Part shown: positions 32,788 to 42,003 of the stretch, one piece after another | Layout: each line of letters starts with the position of its first letter | Numbering within the stretch: the stretch's first letter is position 1 | From: Nanobdellota archaeon | Lineage (GTDB): Archaea; Nanobdellota; Nanobdellia; Woesearchaeales; GW2011-AR9 | Reading direction: 5' to 3' | DNA: 48,543 bases | Assembly (NCBI GenBank): GCA_018812355.1 | Contig: JAHJDQ010000182.1 | Span: 1-48,543 of the forward strand | Program-made: the position numbers and the translations under genes | The notes under the pieces: model-generated | Database searches by the model: none | What the model was told of the DNA's origin: nothing | The model's input: the letters and a program-made list of their open reading frames with translations, nothing else

Positions 32788-32916
32788 TGAGCCCTAGGGG
32801 AGAGTCGATGCTCCGCATCTCGTTCTGTTCTTGCAAAACATATTCGAACCCCCGACCCCTTGGTAACTCTTAATTATTAAGAGCCAAGTGCTCTAGCCAG
32901 ACTGAGCTAAGGGCCC
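32788..32916 (-). tRNA. tRNA-Lys (CUU) with a 13-nt 37/38 intron (32865-32877) and a 41-nt T-loop 59/60 intron (32802-32842)
   Basis: - Minus-strand read: GGGCCCT-TA-GCTC-AGTCTGGCTA-GAGC-A-CTTGG-CTCTTA[ATAATTAAGAGTT]A-CCAAG-GGGTC-GGGGG-TTCGAA[41 nt]T-CCCCT-AGGGCTC-A.
- Anticodon BHB: CTCT/AGAG with bulges TAA and TTA.
- T-loop BHB has a 9-bp inner helix (3 G-U pairs). Mature length 75 nt. Confidence 0.85.
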
Positions 32917-32940
32917 ATTACAGAACAAAAATTAGAAGTA

Positions 32941-32950
32941 CTATTTATAG
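32941..32950. promoter_or_regulatory. TATA element positioned for divergent transcription (tRNA-Lys(CUU) leftward, MATE gene rightward)
   Basis: CTATTTATAG is centred about 29 nt from the tRNA 5' end at 32916. It is TATA-like on both strands. Confidence 0.35.
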
Positions 32951-33010
32951 TTTTTCTAAATGAAGAATACAATCACAAATCTTTATAAACCTAAAATAAA
33001 AAGCACTAAC

Positions 33011-34330
33011 ATGCACAATCATATCTTAGAAGAAAAGATCGGTAAAACTATTCTTAAACTATCCTGGCCGATGATTGTCGCTTTTTTATTACAAACATCA
33101 TTCAACATTATTGATGCCATTTATGTTGGGATGATTAGTGCAGAAGCCCTAGCAGCAGTCTCAATGGCTTTTCCTGTAGTCTTTTTAATGATTTCATTAG
33201 CCTCTGGATTAGGAGTAGGAGCAACGTCAATCATTGCTAGAAGTATCGGTGCCAAAAATTATCAGAAAGCTAACAACACTGCTGAACATGCCATTATTAT
33301 GGCCGGATTATTAGCGATTGTGTTTACTACTTGTGGTTTATTATTTGGTAAGCCTTTATTTCAATTAATGGGTGCAGAAGGTTCTTTGTTAAAGTTAGTT
33401 GTGCAGTATGCTAATATCATTTTTATCGGCAGTATTTTTATGTTTCTCGCCTTCATTGCTAATAATATTTTAAGAGGAGAAGGCAATATGAAAGTGCCGA
33501 TGTACGTTATGGGTGGTTCAGCAATCTTGAATATTATTTTGGATCCAATTTTTATTTTTGTGCTTGGATGGGGTGTCCAAGGAGCAGCGATTGCCACAAT
33601 ATTAGCTAGGTTTACTGGTTTTCTGTTTGCTTTTACTTACATTCTTAAAGGTAAAGCTGTAATCAAATTAAGTTTAAGATATTTCAAGTACAAGTTTAAA
33701 ATTGTTAAAGAATTATTTTATATCGGTTTTCCCAGTTCAATTTCACAGGTGTTAATCTCTGTTAGTATGTTTATTTTAATGACGATCGTTGCTAAGTTTG
33801 GCACGGCCGGAATTGCTGCCTATGGAATTGCCTTTAGGTTAGATAGTGTTGGATTTATGCCCGTCATCGGAATGATGACTGCGATTATGACTATAGTTGG
33901 TCAGAATATTGGTGCGGGAAATTTTGCCAGAGCGAGAAGAACAACTTTTATTGCTTCTTTAATCGCAATTGCTTATTCTTTAGTAATAGGAATTTTATTC
34001 TTTTCATTAGCAGTACCGTTAGCCAAACTGTTTAATAGCGATCCGCAAGTAATTTATTACTCTTCGATTTATTTGTTAATCAACGCTTTCACTTACATCT
34101 TTATCGCTGTGGGGATGATTATTATGGGATCGTTCTTAGGAGCAGGAAGACCAATGCCACCGTTAATTATCAATTTACTAAGGTTAGTAGTGATTGCTGT
34201 ACCTTTAGCATATTATCTTTCCACTATTTATGGGTTGATTGGAGTATGGATTGGAATAGCTATTGCTTCTGTAGTTTCTGGAATCGTCAGTATAATCTGG
34301 TTTAGATTTAGTAACTTTGAGAAGAAATAG
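33011..34330 (+). CDS. MATE-family efflux transporter
   Basis: 12-TM-type protein with N-terminus ILEEKIGKTILKLSWPMIVAFLLQTSFNIIDAIYVG, typical of MATE. ATG 33011 is preferred because ATG 32960 lies only about 10 nt after the TATA element; the start is uncertain. Confidence 0.8.
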   Translation: MHNHILEEKIGKTILKLSWPMIVAFLLQTSFNIIDAIYVGMISAEALAAVSMAFPVVFLMISLASGLGVGATSIIARSIGAKNYQKANNTAEHAIIMAGLLAIVFTTCGLLFGKPLFQLMGAEGSLLKLVVQYANIIFIGSIFMFLAFIANNILRGEGNMKVPMYVMGGSAILNIILDPIFIFVLGWGVQGAAIATILARFTGFLFAFTYILKGKAVIKLSLRYFKYKFKIVKELFYIGFPSSISQVLISVSMFILMTIVAKFGTAGIAAYGIAFRLDSVGFMPVIGMMTAIMTIVGQNIGAGNFARARRTTFIASLIAIAYSLVIGILFFSLAVPLAKLFNSDPQVIYYSSIYLLINAFTYIFIAVGMIIMGSFLGAGRPMPPLIINLLRLVVIAVPLAYYLSTIYGLIGVWIGIAIASVVSGIVSIIWFRFSNFEKK

Positions 34331-34396
34331 TTTTTTTCTAATAACTCAAACTTACCACCCCATACTTTTTTAAATGAACTATCTTCTTGAGTATAC

Positions 34397-35338
34397 ATGA
34401 TCATCCTTGGAATCGAAACCACTGCTCATACGTTTGGAGTAGGAATAGTAAATGATCAAGGCAAAGTACTAGCGAACGCCTTTGACAGTTTTACTTGTAA
34501 TCAAGGTGGGATGATTTTAGACGAGGTAGCCGAGCATCACAAAAAAGTTGCTGAAAAAATCTTAACCAAAGCTTTTGCAGAAGCTAAACTATCCTGGAAA
34601 GATGTTGATTTAATGGCTTACTCTGCCGGTCCTGGTTTAGATCCAGTACTATATACCGGATATCATCTTGCTCAAGCTTGGAGCGAAAAACAGAATAAAA
34701 AGTTAGTTGGGGTTAATCATTGCGCTGCTCATCTTAGTATTGGAAAAGTAATTAATCAATTAAAAGATCCTTGTTACTTGTATGTTTCTGGTGTTAATAC
34801 TCAAGTCATTGTTGATGAAAATAATAAATACAGAGTTGTCGGCGAAACCTTAGATTTAGGATTAGGAAATATGCTTGACAAATTAGGAAGATCTTTAGGA
34901 TTAGGTTTTCCGGCTGGTCCAGAAATGGAACAATTAGCTAAGCAAGGCAAGTATCTTGAACTGCCCTATACTGTTAAGGGCATGGACGTTTCTCTTTCCG
35001 GAATGTTAACAAAAGTACAACAGTTGATTGAAAAAGGAATTAAGAAAGAAGATTTATGTTTTTCAGTCCAAGAAACGTGTTTTGCAATGCTGACTGAGGT
35101 AACCGAGAGGGCGATGGCTAACGCTAATAAAAAAGAACTATTATTAGTTGGCGGAGTAGGTGCGAATCAACGATTTTGTGAAATGTTAAAGATTATGTGT
35201 AAAGAACGAGGAGCTAAGTTTTACAAAGTACCGATGGATCTTGCTCGAGATAACGGGGCGATGATTGCCTGGGAAGGTTACTTAAGAAAAGAAACTCAAG
35301 CAGAAGTCAATCCTCACTGGCGCGTTGATGAGGTTTAA
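34397..35338 (+). CDS. kae1: tRNA N6-adenosine threonylcarbamoyltransferase Kae1 (TsaD/Kae1/Qri7 family)
   Basis: ILGIETTAHTFGVGIV, VNHCAAHL, and GGVGANQRF. There is no Bud32 fusion. TATA-like CTTTTTTAAATGA is centred about 26 nt upstream. Confidence 0.85.
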   Translation: MIILGIETTAHTFGVGIVNDQGKVLANAFDSFTCNQGGMILDEVAEHHKKVAEKILTKAFAEAKLSWKDVDLMAYSAGPGLDPVLYTGYHLAQAWSEKQNKKLVGVNHCAAHLSIGKVINQLKDPCYLYVSGVNTQVIVDENNKYRVVGETLDLGLGNMLDKLGRSLGLGFPAGPEMEQLAKQGKYLELPYTVKGMDVSLSGMLTKVQQLIEKGIKKEDLCFSVQETCFAMLTEVTERAMANANKKELLLVGGVGANQRFCEMLKIMCKERGAKFYKVPMDLARDNGAMIAWEGYLRKETQAEVNPHWRVDEV

Positions 35339-35400
35339 AGGATAACAAAGTTTATAATGACCAAGCTTAAAGTTCATTAAAAAAGCGAGGTGTAATCATT

Positions 35401-36138
35401 ATGAGAACAATTTGTATTATAAATCAAAAGGGCGGCGTGGGAAAAACTACTACGGCAGTAAATTTAGCAGCAGGACTTTCTCGAAAAGATCAAAAAGTGT
35501 TATTAGTGGACCTCGATCCACAAGGAAACATCAACACTTGTCTTAAGCTTAATGCTGATCATGACTTGTACGATGCGATGACAGGAAGAGAACATATCCG
35601 TAACTGTATTTTTAATATTGCTAAAAATTTTGATGCCTTAACCTCAAAAGAAAACCTGACTAAAGCTGAATATTATATTAACACGCAACCAAATTCTAAA
35701 TTAATTTTAAAAAATCTTTTGTCGACGATCGACGATTATGATTATATCATTGTCGACTGTCCGCCTTCATTAGGAATTCTTAACCAAAATGCAATGGCTT
35801 TTTGTCAAGAAGCTTTCATTCCTGTTTCGACTGACTTTTTAGGCTATGATGCTTTGAAAAAGATGGAAAATGTTGTCCGCAAAATCAATGAGAATTATGA
35901 CCATAATATCCGGATTAGCAAAATAATTCCTACACTTTACGATAAAAGAAACAAAATCTGTAAAGATACTTTAGGCAAAATTAAACAAACTTATGATGGC
36001 TTAAGTTCTGTCCCGATTAGAATGAACTCTAAACTAAAAGAAGCGCCAAAATATGGTAAATCAATTTTTGCCTATGCAAAATCCTCTAATGGTGCGAAAG
36101 ATTACGGCGAATTAGTGGATGAAGTTTTAGCGATGTAG
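35401..36138 (+). CDS. ParA/Soj/MinD-family P-loop ATPase
   Basis: Deviant Walker [17 protein letters not shown], and [16 protein letters not shown] lies 8 nt upstream. Confidence 0.85.
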   Translation: MRTICIINQKGGVGKTTTAVNLAAGLSRKDQKVLLVDLDPQGNINTCLKLNADHDLYDAMTGREHIRNCIFNIAKNFDALTSKENLTKAEYYINTQPNSKLILKNLLSTIDDYDYIIVDCPPSLGILNQNAMAFCQEAFIPVSTDFLGYDALKKMENVVRKINENYDHNIRISKIIPTLYDKRNKICKDTLGKIKQTYDGLSSVPIRMNSKLKEAPKYGKSIFAYAKSSNGAKDYGELVDEVLAM

Positions 36139-36239
36139 GTTATTTTTGTTTTTTCAATTTTTTATTAATTTCATTTTTTTTGTAATTATCATTATTAAAC
36201 CAAACTTTTATAATAACTAAATTCTAAATACAAAATATA

Positions 36240-38036
36240 ATGTTAAAAAAGAGTGTTATGTTTTTGGTACTATTAATTCTTCTAACCATATCAGTAACTG
36301 CTACCCAAGAACCTTACCATCTTAAACTACTTGCCGTTCAAGAAGCTGATGATGGTTATATTGGCAGTGGCGCCGATTTATTTCTAGAATTAAGAGAAGG
36401 TTCGGGAAGAGTATTTTTAGAAACTAATCCTTTAACCAAACTAGATACCCAAATCAGTACAAGATTTGCTAAAGATATTGCCTGTAACCATTTCAAACTT
36501 AATTGTCAGAAATACGATTTTATCTACACGATTAGAGCAGAATCAAACATTATTGGTGGACCGTCAGCAGGAGCAGCCGTTGCTGCTTTAACGACGATTG
36601 CCGTTTTAGATTTAGATCATGATGAAACCGTTACAATTACCGGAACAATCAATTCCGGCGGGATCGTCGGCCCTGTGGGTGGAGTAAAAGAAAAACTTGA
36701 TGCAGCTCAAGAAATTGGTTTGAAAAAAGTATTAGTTTCCATCGGCACATCAGTACAGCCCGATTTTAATAATACTAACCTTACTGAAGAATCTCTTGAT
36801 TTAGTTAGTTATGCTCAAAACAATTTAAGTTTAGCCATGGTTGAAGTGATGGATTTAGATGATGTAATTTTTCATCTTACCGGAGAAGATCTTAACCATC
36901 AAGAAGTTATCGTTACTGAAAATAAACAGTATACAGAAATTATGCAGGGTCTGAAAAGAGTTCTTTGTGAACGGACAGCTAAAATCGAACTGGAACTGGA
37001 TCAGGAACGGGTCTTTCTAAATGAAAATGTAACTACTGAACTATTCGAGAGAAAAGGTTCTGCTGAGAACGCTACATTAGATCAAGACTATTATTCTGCG
37101 GCTAGTTATTGTTTTGCTAACAACATTTTACTTCGAACACAATATTATCAAGCGAAGATGCCGACATCTAAAGCAATCGAAAATCTTTATTCTGTCTTAG
37201 AAAGCAAAACTAGTTCCTTAAAGCAGAAATTAGCCGAAGAAGAGATTAAAACTATTTCTGATTTACAAACTCTGATGATTGTTAAAGAACGACTGAACGA
37301 TGTTAGTGAAAATATTGCTAAATTCAACGAGCAGAAAGAACTTGGCTTTATTGAACGAGAAGAAGCTTACCAAAGTTTGGCTTATGCTGAAGAACGATTT
37401 TTTTCTGCTTTAAGTTGGAAACAATTTTTTGCGATGGAAGGCAAAAATTTTAATCTTAATCCAGAAAGATTAAAAAATTCCTGCCAGCAAAAAATATCTG
37501 AAGCCGAAGAACGTCATCAATATGTTAGTTTGTTTCTTGGATTACTACCAGTGATCAATATCCAGGAAAAAATTACTCAGGCTCGGGCTGCCTTAACAGA
37601 AGAAGAATATGAATTGTGCTTAATCGTCGCTTCGCAAGCAAAAGCAGATTCTAATGCCATCCTTAGTTCGATCGGTTTGAGTGAAGAATCCTTTTCTGAA
37701 TATCTGGAAAGTAAAAGTAAAGCTGTCGAACGAGTAATTTTTGAAAATAGTGCTGAGGAAATTTTTCCCATTCTCGGATATTCTTATTATCAATATGCTA
37801 ATTCTTTGCAAGAACAAGAACCTTATACTGCTTTACTCTATTTGGAATATGCTTTGGAGATGAGCGAATTAAGCATTTACTTTCCGGAAGAACAAACTTT
37901 CTTTGAACTAGAGTTTAGAATCGACCGAGTCTGGTATTATGCTGGAATTGGTTTTCTGATCGGTTTCTTAGTTGCTTTTGTTATTTTCTTCGGTTTTGTG
38001 AAGAGAAGACCGAAGCTAAAATTAATTCATAAGTGA
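36240..38036 (+). CDS. Membrane-anchored S16 (Lon C-terminal proteolytic domain) serine protease without an ATPase domain
   Basis: Signal/TM at the N-terminus. Lon protease core IIGGPSAGAAVAALTTIA...GTINSGGIVGPVGGVKEKLDAA (Ser-Lys dyad context). A long helical region and a C-terminal TM (YYAGIGFLIGFLVAFVIFFGF) follow. Confidence 0.75.
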   Translation: MLKKSVMFLVLLILLTISVTATQEPYHLKLLAVQEADDGYIGSGADLFLELREGSGRVFLETNPLTKLDTQISTRFAKDIACNHFKLNCQKYDFIYTIRAESNIIGGPSAGAAVAALTTIAVLDLDHDETVTITGTINSGGIVGPVGGVKEKLDAAQEIGLKKVLVSIGTSVQPDFNNTNLTEESLDLVSYAQNNLSLAMVEVMDLDDVIFHLTGEDLNHQEVIVTENKQYTEIMQGLKRVLCERTAKIELELDQERVFLNENVTTELFERKGSAENATLDQDYYSAASYCFANNILLRTQYYQAKMPTSKAIENLYSVLESKTSSLKQKLAEEEIKTISDLQTLMIVKERLNDVSENIAKFNEQKELGFIEREEAYQSLAYAEERFFSALSWKQFFAMEGKNFNLNPERLKNSCQQKISEAEERHQYVSLFLGLLPVINIQEKITQARAALTEEEYELCLIVASQAKADSNAILSSIGLSEESFSEYLESKSKAVERVIFENSAEEIFPILGYSYYQYANSLQEQEPYTALLYLEYALEMSELSIYFPEEQTFFELEFRIDRVWYYAGIGFLIGFLVAFVIFFGFVKRRPKLKLIHK

Positions 38037-38202
38037 TTATAAAACCCCTCGCCAACCCGAAAGCTGGCTTGGGGAAAAAGAGGTGATAGATGTTTACTAC
38101 TCCAGAAGAGATACTATTATTTAAAGGTTTCGGTGAGTTTAGTATTTTATAGTAGTGAAATCAGTAAATTTTATAAGTTCGTTATAATTTATAACATTAT
38201 CA

Positions 38203-38940
38203 ATGGTTGAAGAGATAATTCATCAAGGACGATTACTAGGAAGAAGAGTTGGCAATCAATTAACTGAAGTTTATGTTTCTGATCTTGAAGTTGAAGATTT
38301 ATTAAGAGAATTAAAGTTTGAAGATCGTTTATATCGAAACAGTCAGTTTAAAGGTTTATTTAAAGTTGCTTCTAAATTAGAGGTTGATGTTGATGATTGT
38401 ATTGAAGATACTGAACTAATTGATTATGAACTTGATCATCATTGCAATAGCCTAACTATACTCCGAAGAAAAAATCCTAAGTTATTTGATTTATTCATTA
38501 AACGGGAATTATTTCATAAAATTATTTTAGCATCGAAAGGGATGGATATTTTCGGAGATGAATCAGAAGTAAAACCTTATACCACTGTTGAAAGGGTGAG
38601 AGCAGAATTAAATAATATAAGGGATTTAGAAGTTAATCGTTATAAAATATCAGAAACCAGAACCGGAGTGATGATTAATCGCTCTGATACATTTATTTTG
38701 CTTAACATGTATACTAAGGGTAGTGATCAAAATCGCTATGAAATTTATCCTGTAGTAAGGGGGAAGAATATTCAAGAATTATTTGGTAAAAGGAAAGATC
38801 ATTTTGGACATTTAACTATAGAGGAGGCTTCCGATATTGCTGAGCATGCTGCCACTTATGCTCAAAATACTCGATATAAACATTTTTTAGAAAAAGAGAT
38901 TGAGAAATATGTTCCAAGAGATCTTGTCACTTTTTACTAA
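38203..38940 (+). CDS. Hypothetical protein
   Basis: 245-aa ORF with no motif I recognise. A TATA-like AATTTTATAAGTT is centred about 27-30 nt upstream of the ATG. Confidence 0.55.
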   Translation: MVEEIIHQGRLLGRRVGNQLTEVYVSDLEVEDLLRELKFEDRLYRNSQFKGLFKVASKLEVDVDDCIEDTELIDYELDHHCNSLTILRRKNPKLFDLFIKRELFHKIILASKGMDIFGDESEVKPYTTVERVRAELNNIRDLEVNRYKISETRTGVMINRSDTFILLNMYTKGSDQNRYEIYPVVRGKNIQELFGKRKDHFGHLTIEEASDIAEHAATYAQNTRYKHFLEKEIEKYVPRDLVTFY

Positions 38941-38947
38941 AAAAAAG

Positions 38948-39193
38948 GGCGCTGTCCAGAAAGTCAAATATTTGTATACTGGCGCATAAAAACAAACAGA
39001 GATTTGTTTTTAGCGCAAGAATAAAGTTTTTGTCTTTATTCTTTGCGCCAGAGGAGGCGCATTTTGTGAGTAGGGCACGGCACTTTAGATTTTTTCCTCA
39101 TTATAGAGGGAAAAATGTGCCTCCTTTGGCGCTACTCACAAAATCCACGCGCCGTGCCCCAGTATACGAATTAGTGAGACTCTGGACAGCGCC
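38948..39193. mobile_element. MITE-like element, copy 4 (246 bp)
   Basis: 13-bp terminal inverted repeats GGCGCTGTCCAGA (38948-38960) and TCTGGACAGCGCC (39181-39193). Flanked by A-rich AAAAAAAG on both sides. It contains one 66-nt module (38984-39049) plus GGAGGCGCATTTTGTGAGTAG and its complement CTACTCACAAAAT... Confidence 0.7.
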
Positions 39194-39255
39194 AAAAAAA
39201 GAAAACCTTTTAATATACCTAATATTTAACAATGAAGATAGAGGTGAATTAAAAA

Positions 39256-40161
39256 ATGAAATATACAATTATACCTTTAATCATTTTACTATTGTTAGCT
39301 CCTGCTTTTGCTCAAAATGATGCTTTAGTAACCCAAATTGATACAATGGCTGACCAAGTGGAAGGACAGGAATTAGCTGGTCCGGTAGGAACCTTACTCG
39401 GCAATCAGCACATGAATATTGAAATTACTTTAACAAATGGCGGCGAGTTAGTCATTGGTTTGATTACCGATGATAAAATTATCATGAAAATGCAGGGTAG
39501 CGCTGTTGAAGATCCTTCTTTAATCATTTCTTTAAGTGAAGCGACAGTGCAGAAAATTCAAAATTCCGTTGATCCTAATGAAGAGATGAAAACTGCTTTG
39601 CTTGATGGCCGGATTAAGTATCAAGCCTTAGGCTTCTTTAACAAAATTAAATTTAAATTTGTCTCAACTATTGTTAAGATGTTTAGCGATGTTGAGGAAG
39701 TAGAAGATCTGGTTGAGGAAGAAGAGACTGAGATTGAGCCAGTTGATGAAGAAATAGAGACAGAGTCTGAAGAGGAAGTTGAGGAAGAAACTAACGAAAC
39801 TACTGAAGAAGAAACTGAAGAAGTCGAGGAAGAACTAGTCGAAGTAGAAGTTGAGGAAGAGACAGAAGAGGAAATAGAATTAGTTGAAGATAATCAACAT
39901 ACTGTCGTGATGGACAATACTGGTTTTTCCGTACCGGAATTAACGGTTAAAGTCGGCGATACGGTTACTTGGGAAAATACTCGTTCCGGATCATTAACCG
40001 GAGCAATGGTCATTGGCGCTAGATTTATTTGTAATCAAGCCAAAAGTCCGGTTCTCAATCCTGGCGGTTCGTATAGTTATACTTTTGAGCAGTCTGGAAC
40101 ATGTGTCGTTGTTGATGGAATTATGACTACCCAAGCCATGAATGTTATCGTGGAAGAATAA
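39256..40161 (+). CDS. Secreted protein: SCP2-like N-domain, poly-Glu linker, cupredoxin-like C-domain
   Basis: Signal peptide MKYTIIPLIILLLLAPAFA. SLIISLSEATVQKIQNS..MKTALLDGRIKYQALGFFNKIKF resembles SCP2. An E-rich linker follows. The C-terminus HTVVMDNTGFSVPELTVKVGDTVTWEN resembles a plastocyanin/cupredoxin beta-sandwich. GAGGTGA lies 8 nt upstream. Confidence 0.6.
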   Translation: MKYTIIPLIILLLLAPAFAQNDALVTQIDTMADQVEGQELAGPVGTLLGNQHMNIEITLTNGGELVIGLITDDKIIMKMQGSAVEDPSLIISLSEATVQKIQNSVDPNEEMKTALLDGRIKYQALGFFNKIKFKFVSTIVKMFSDVEEVEDLVEEEETEIEPVDEEIETESEEEVEEETNETTEEETEEVEEELVEVEVEEETEEEIELVEDNQHTVVMDNTGFSVPELTVKVGDTVTWENTRSGSLTGAMVIGARFICNQAKSPVLNPGGSYSYTFEQSGTCVVVDGIMTTQAMNVIVEE

Positions 40162-40182
40162 TTTTTTTTAAAAGAGGTACTG

Positions 40183-41184
40183 ATGAAAATAGGATTTTTT
40201 GATATTGAACCCTGGGAAAAAGAGATCTTAAAGAAAGCTTTTTCTCAAGATGAACTTGTTTTTTCTAAAGAACACCTTACTCACAAAAACGCTGCTAAAT
40301 TTCCTCAATTAGAAGTTATCGGAGTCTTTATCCATTCAATAATTAATCAAGATGTTCTTAATCAATTACCACAATTAAAATTAATCGCGACAAGAAGTAC
40401 AGGTTATGATAATGTTGATTTGGCTGAATGTCAAAAGAGAAAAATTCCTCTCTGCAATGTCCCTGCTTATGGTGAGAATACAGTCGCCGAATATACTTTT
40501 GCTTTAATTCTAGCGTTGAGCAGAAAAATAATCATGGCCAATAATCGCACTCATTTGGGAAGTTTTCGTTTACAAGGTTTAAGAGGATTTGATTTACAGG
40601 GAAAAACTTTAGGTATCGTCGGTTGTGGTAAAATTGGGCAGCATGTTGCCAAAATTGCCCGCTGTTTTGAAATGAACGTGTTCGTGTTTGATGTTTATAA
40701 AAATATACCATTAGCTAAAAAATTAGGTTTTAAGTATGTTCCATTAAATACATTACTAAAAAAATCTGATTTAGTAACTTTACACGTTCCCCATAATAAA
40801 CATACTCATCATTTAATTAATCAAAAAACATTAAGTTTAATGAAAAAATCTGCATACTTAATTAATACTTCTCGCGGTGCTATCATTGATACTAGCGCTT
40901 TAGTGAAAGCTTTAACCAAAAAACAAATTGCTGGCGCTGCTTTAGATGTGCTCGAGGATGAATGCGAAATTATAGAAGAGGTTCAAATACTCAAAAAAGA
41001 GTTCGGCCAGAAATGTGATTTAAGTAAAATTGTTGATGACCATGCTTTATTAAAAATGCCTAATGTCATCATCACTCCTCATAACGCTTTCAATTCTCAT
41101 GAAGCACTAATGAGAATTTTAGAAATAACTATTGAAAATATTAAAACATTTAAGTCAGGGAAAATAATTAATCAGGTTAGCTGA
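40183..41184 (+). CDS. D-isomer-specific 2-hydroxyacid dehydrogenase (NAD-binding)
   Basis: GKTLGIVGCGKIGQHVAKIA (GxGxxG), TLHVPH, LINTSRGAIID, and ITPHNAF. Confidence 0.85.
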   Translation: MKIGFFDIEPWEKEILKKAFSQDELVFSKEHLTHKNAAKFPQLEVIGVFIHSIINQDVLNQLPQLKLIATRSTGYDNVDLAECQKRKIPLCNVPAYGENTVAEYTFALILALSRKIIMANNRTHLGSFRLQGLRGFDLQGKTLGIVGCGKIGQHVAKIARCFEMNVFVFDVYKNIPLAKKLGFKYVPLNTLLKKSDLVTLHVPHNKHTHHLINQKTLSLMKKSAYLINTSRGAIIDTSALVKALTKKQIAGAALDVLEDECEIIEEVQILKKEFGQKCDLSKIVDDHALLKMPNVIITPHNAFNSHEALMRILEITIENIKTFKSGKIINQVS

Positions 41185-41217
41185 TTTATACTTTATTGTC
41201 CCACTTTTCTCCGTTAC

Positions 41218-41227
41218 TTTTATATAT
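41218..41227 (+). promoter_or_regulatory. TATA box for the leaderless Cys-rich micro-gene
   Basis: TTTTATATAT is centred about 28 nt upstream of ATG 41251, the same spacing seen at neighbouring leaderless genes. Confidence 0.45.
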
Positions 41228-41250
41228 TTTGAAGACATTAAAATTAAACT

Positions 41251-41370
41251 ATGTATCAAACGTCTCGTAAAGGTCTTTGTAGTGTTTGTAATGGCTGTGG
41301 TAGATGCGGTTCTTTAGAACAGATTGCTGGCTCTGCTTTAGATTATGCTGGAACAACAACCCAATATTAA
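41251..41370 (+). CDS. Candidate 39-aa Cys-rich peptide (not in the ORF track)
   Basis: My translation is MYQTSRKGLCSVCNGCGRCGSLEQIAGSALDYAGTTTQY, with a C-x2-C-x2-C-x2-C cluster. A canonical TATA sits at -27. It lies in an otherwise empty 230-nt gap. Confidence 0.45.
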   Translation: MYQTSRKGLCSVCNGCGRCGSLEQIAGSALDYAGTTTQY

Positions 41371-41415
41371 GTTCATTTCCCATAAAAATATAAATTACCA
41401 CCACTTCTTCTCTTT

Positions 41416-42003
41416 ATGATTGACAAACTCTCCTTAATCTTTGGCTCGAAAACTAAAGCCCAAGAGATTGTTTTGCTTTTAAATGACGCTAAACCAGTAG
41501 TCAGACAAGGCTTTTATCCAGAAGAGTTACCTAAAGTAGAACGATTTTGTAAAAATAATTATTTATTTATCGCTAAATCCCGGTTTAAAGTGATTATGGT
41601 TGACAATGGTTCTTATTCAAACAAAGGCCTCCGAATTCCGGAAATGGATAAACGTCCAGGAATGTATTTTGTTTACCTTTCCAAAGATGAAGAGAAAACT
41701 TGGCTGGCAGCCTATCAAGAAATGATGCACAGCGATCGCGAGTTAGGAATTCTCTTAGGTTATCCGGTTTGTTGTGTTGATTATTTCTGTCACAGTTTCA
41801 GTAAAAGTAATGTTGACCCAATGCATAAGCCAACTAATCCCTATACCAATTTAACTAAACGTGATCAAGATTGTGTTTTATTATCCCATTTCCCTTGTAG
41901 TTCTGACTGCGATCATAGTTTACAATTAGCGAGAAAATATTTGAACGTCCTCGCTGACGTGGACAGAAATCGGGCCAGAAAAATCATGGAGAAATTAAGA
42001 TGA
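41416..42003 (+). CDS. Hypothetical Cys-rich protein with an LGYPxCC motif
   Basis: GILLGYPVCCVDYFCHSF...SHFPCSSDCDHS. I recall a similar LGYPxCC motif in an uncharacterised archaeal DUF family, but this is unverified. TATA-like AAAATATAAATT is centred 27 nt upstream. The stop overlaps the next gene's start (ATGA). Confidence 0.6.
   Translation: MIDKLSLIFGSKTKAQEIVLLLNDAKPVVRQGFYPEELPKVERFCKNNYLFIAKSRFKVIMVDNGSYSNKGLRIPEMDKRPGMYFVYLSKDEEKTWLAAYQEMMHSDRELGILLGYPVCCVDYFCHSFSKSNVDPMHKPTNPYTNLTKRDQDCVLLSHFPCSSDCDHSLQLARKYLNVLADVDRNRARKIMEKLR

Noticed and set aside
32732-32836. A 35-codon N-terminal extension of the dihydrouridine synthase ORF.
   Set aside because: It overlaps tRNA-Lys(CUU) on the same strand. 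The internal ATG at 32731 begins the conserved Dus N-terminus and has a correctly spaced TATA element.
39030-39320. A 96-aa ORF overlapping the start of the secreted SCP2/cupredoxin gene.
   Set aside because: Its first two thirds are MITE copy 4 sequence. The remainder is out of frame with a gene that has a signal peptide and an SD.
39690-39890. A repetitive GAA/GAG-rich stretch that could be mistaken for a tandem repeat or CRISPR-like array.
   Set aside because: It is an in-frame poly-Glu linker (EEVEDLVEEEETEIEPVDEE...) inside a coding gene. It has no regular repeat-spacer periodicity.
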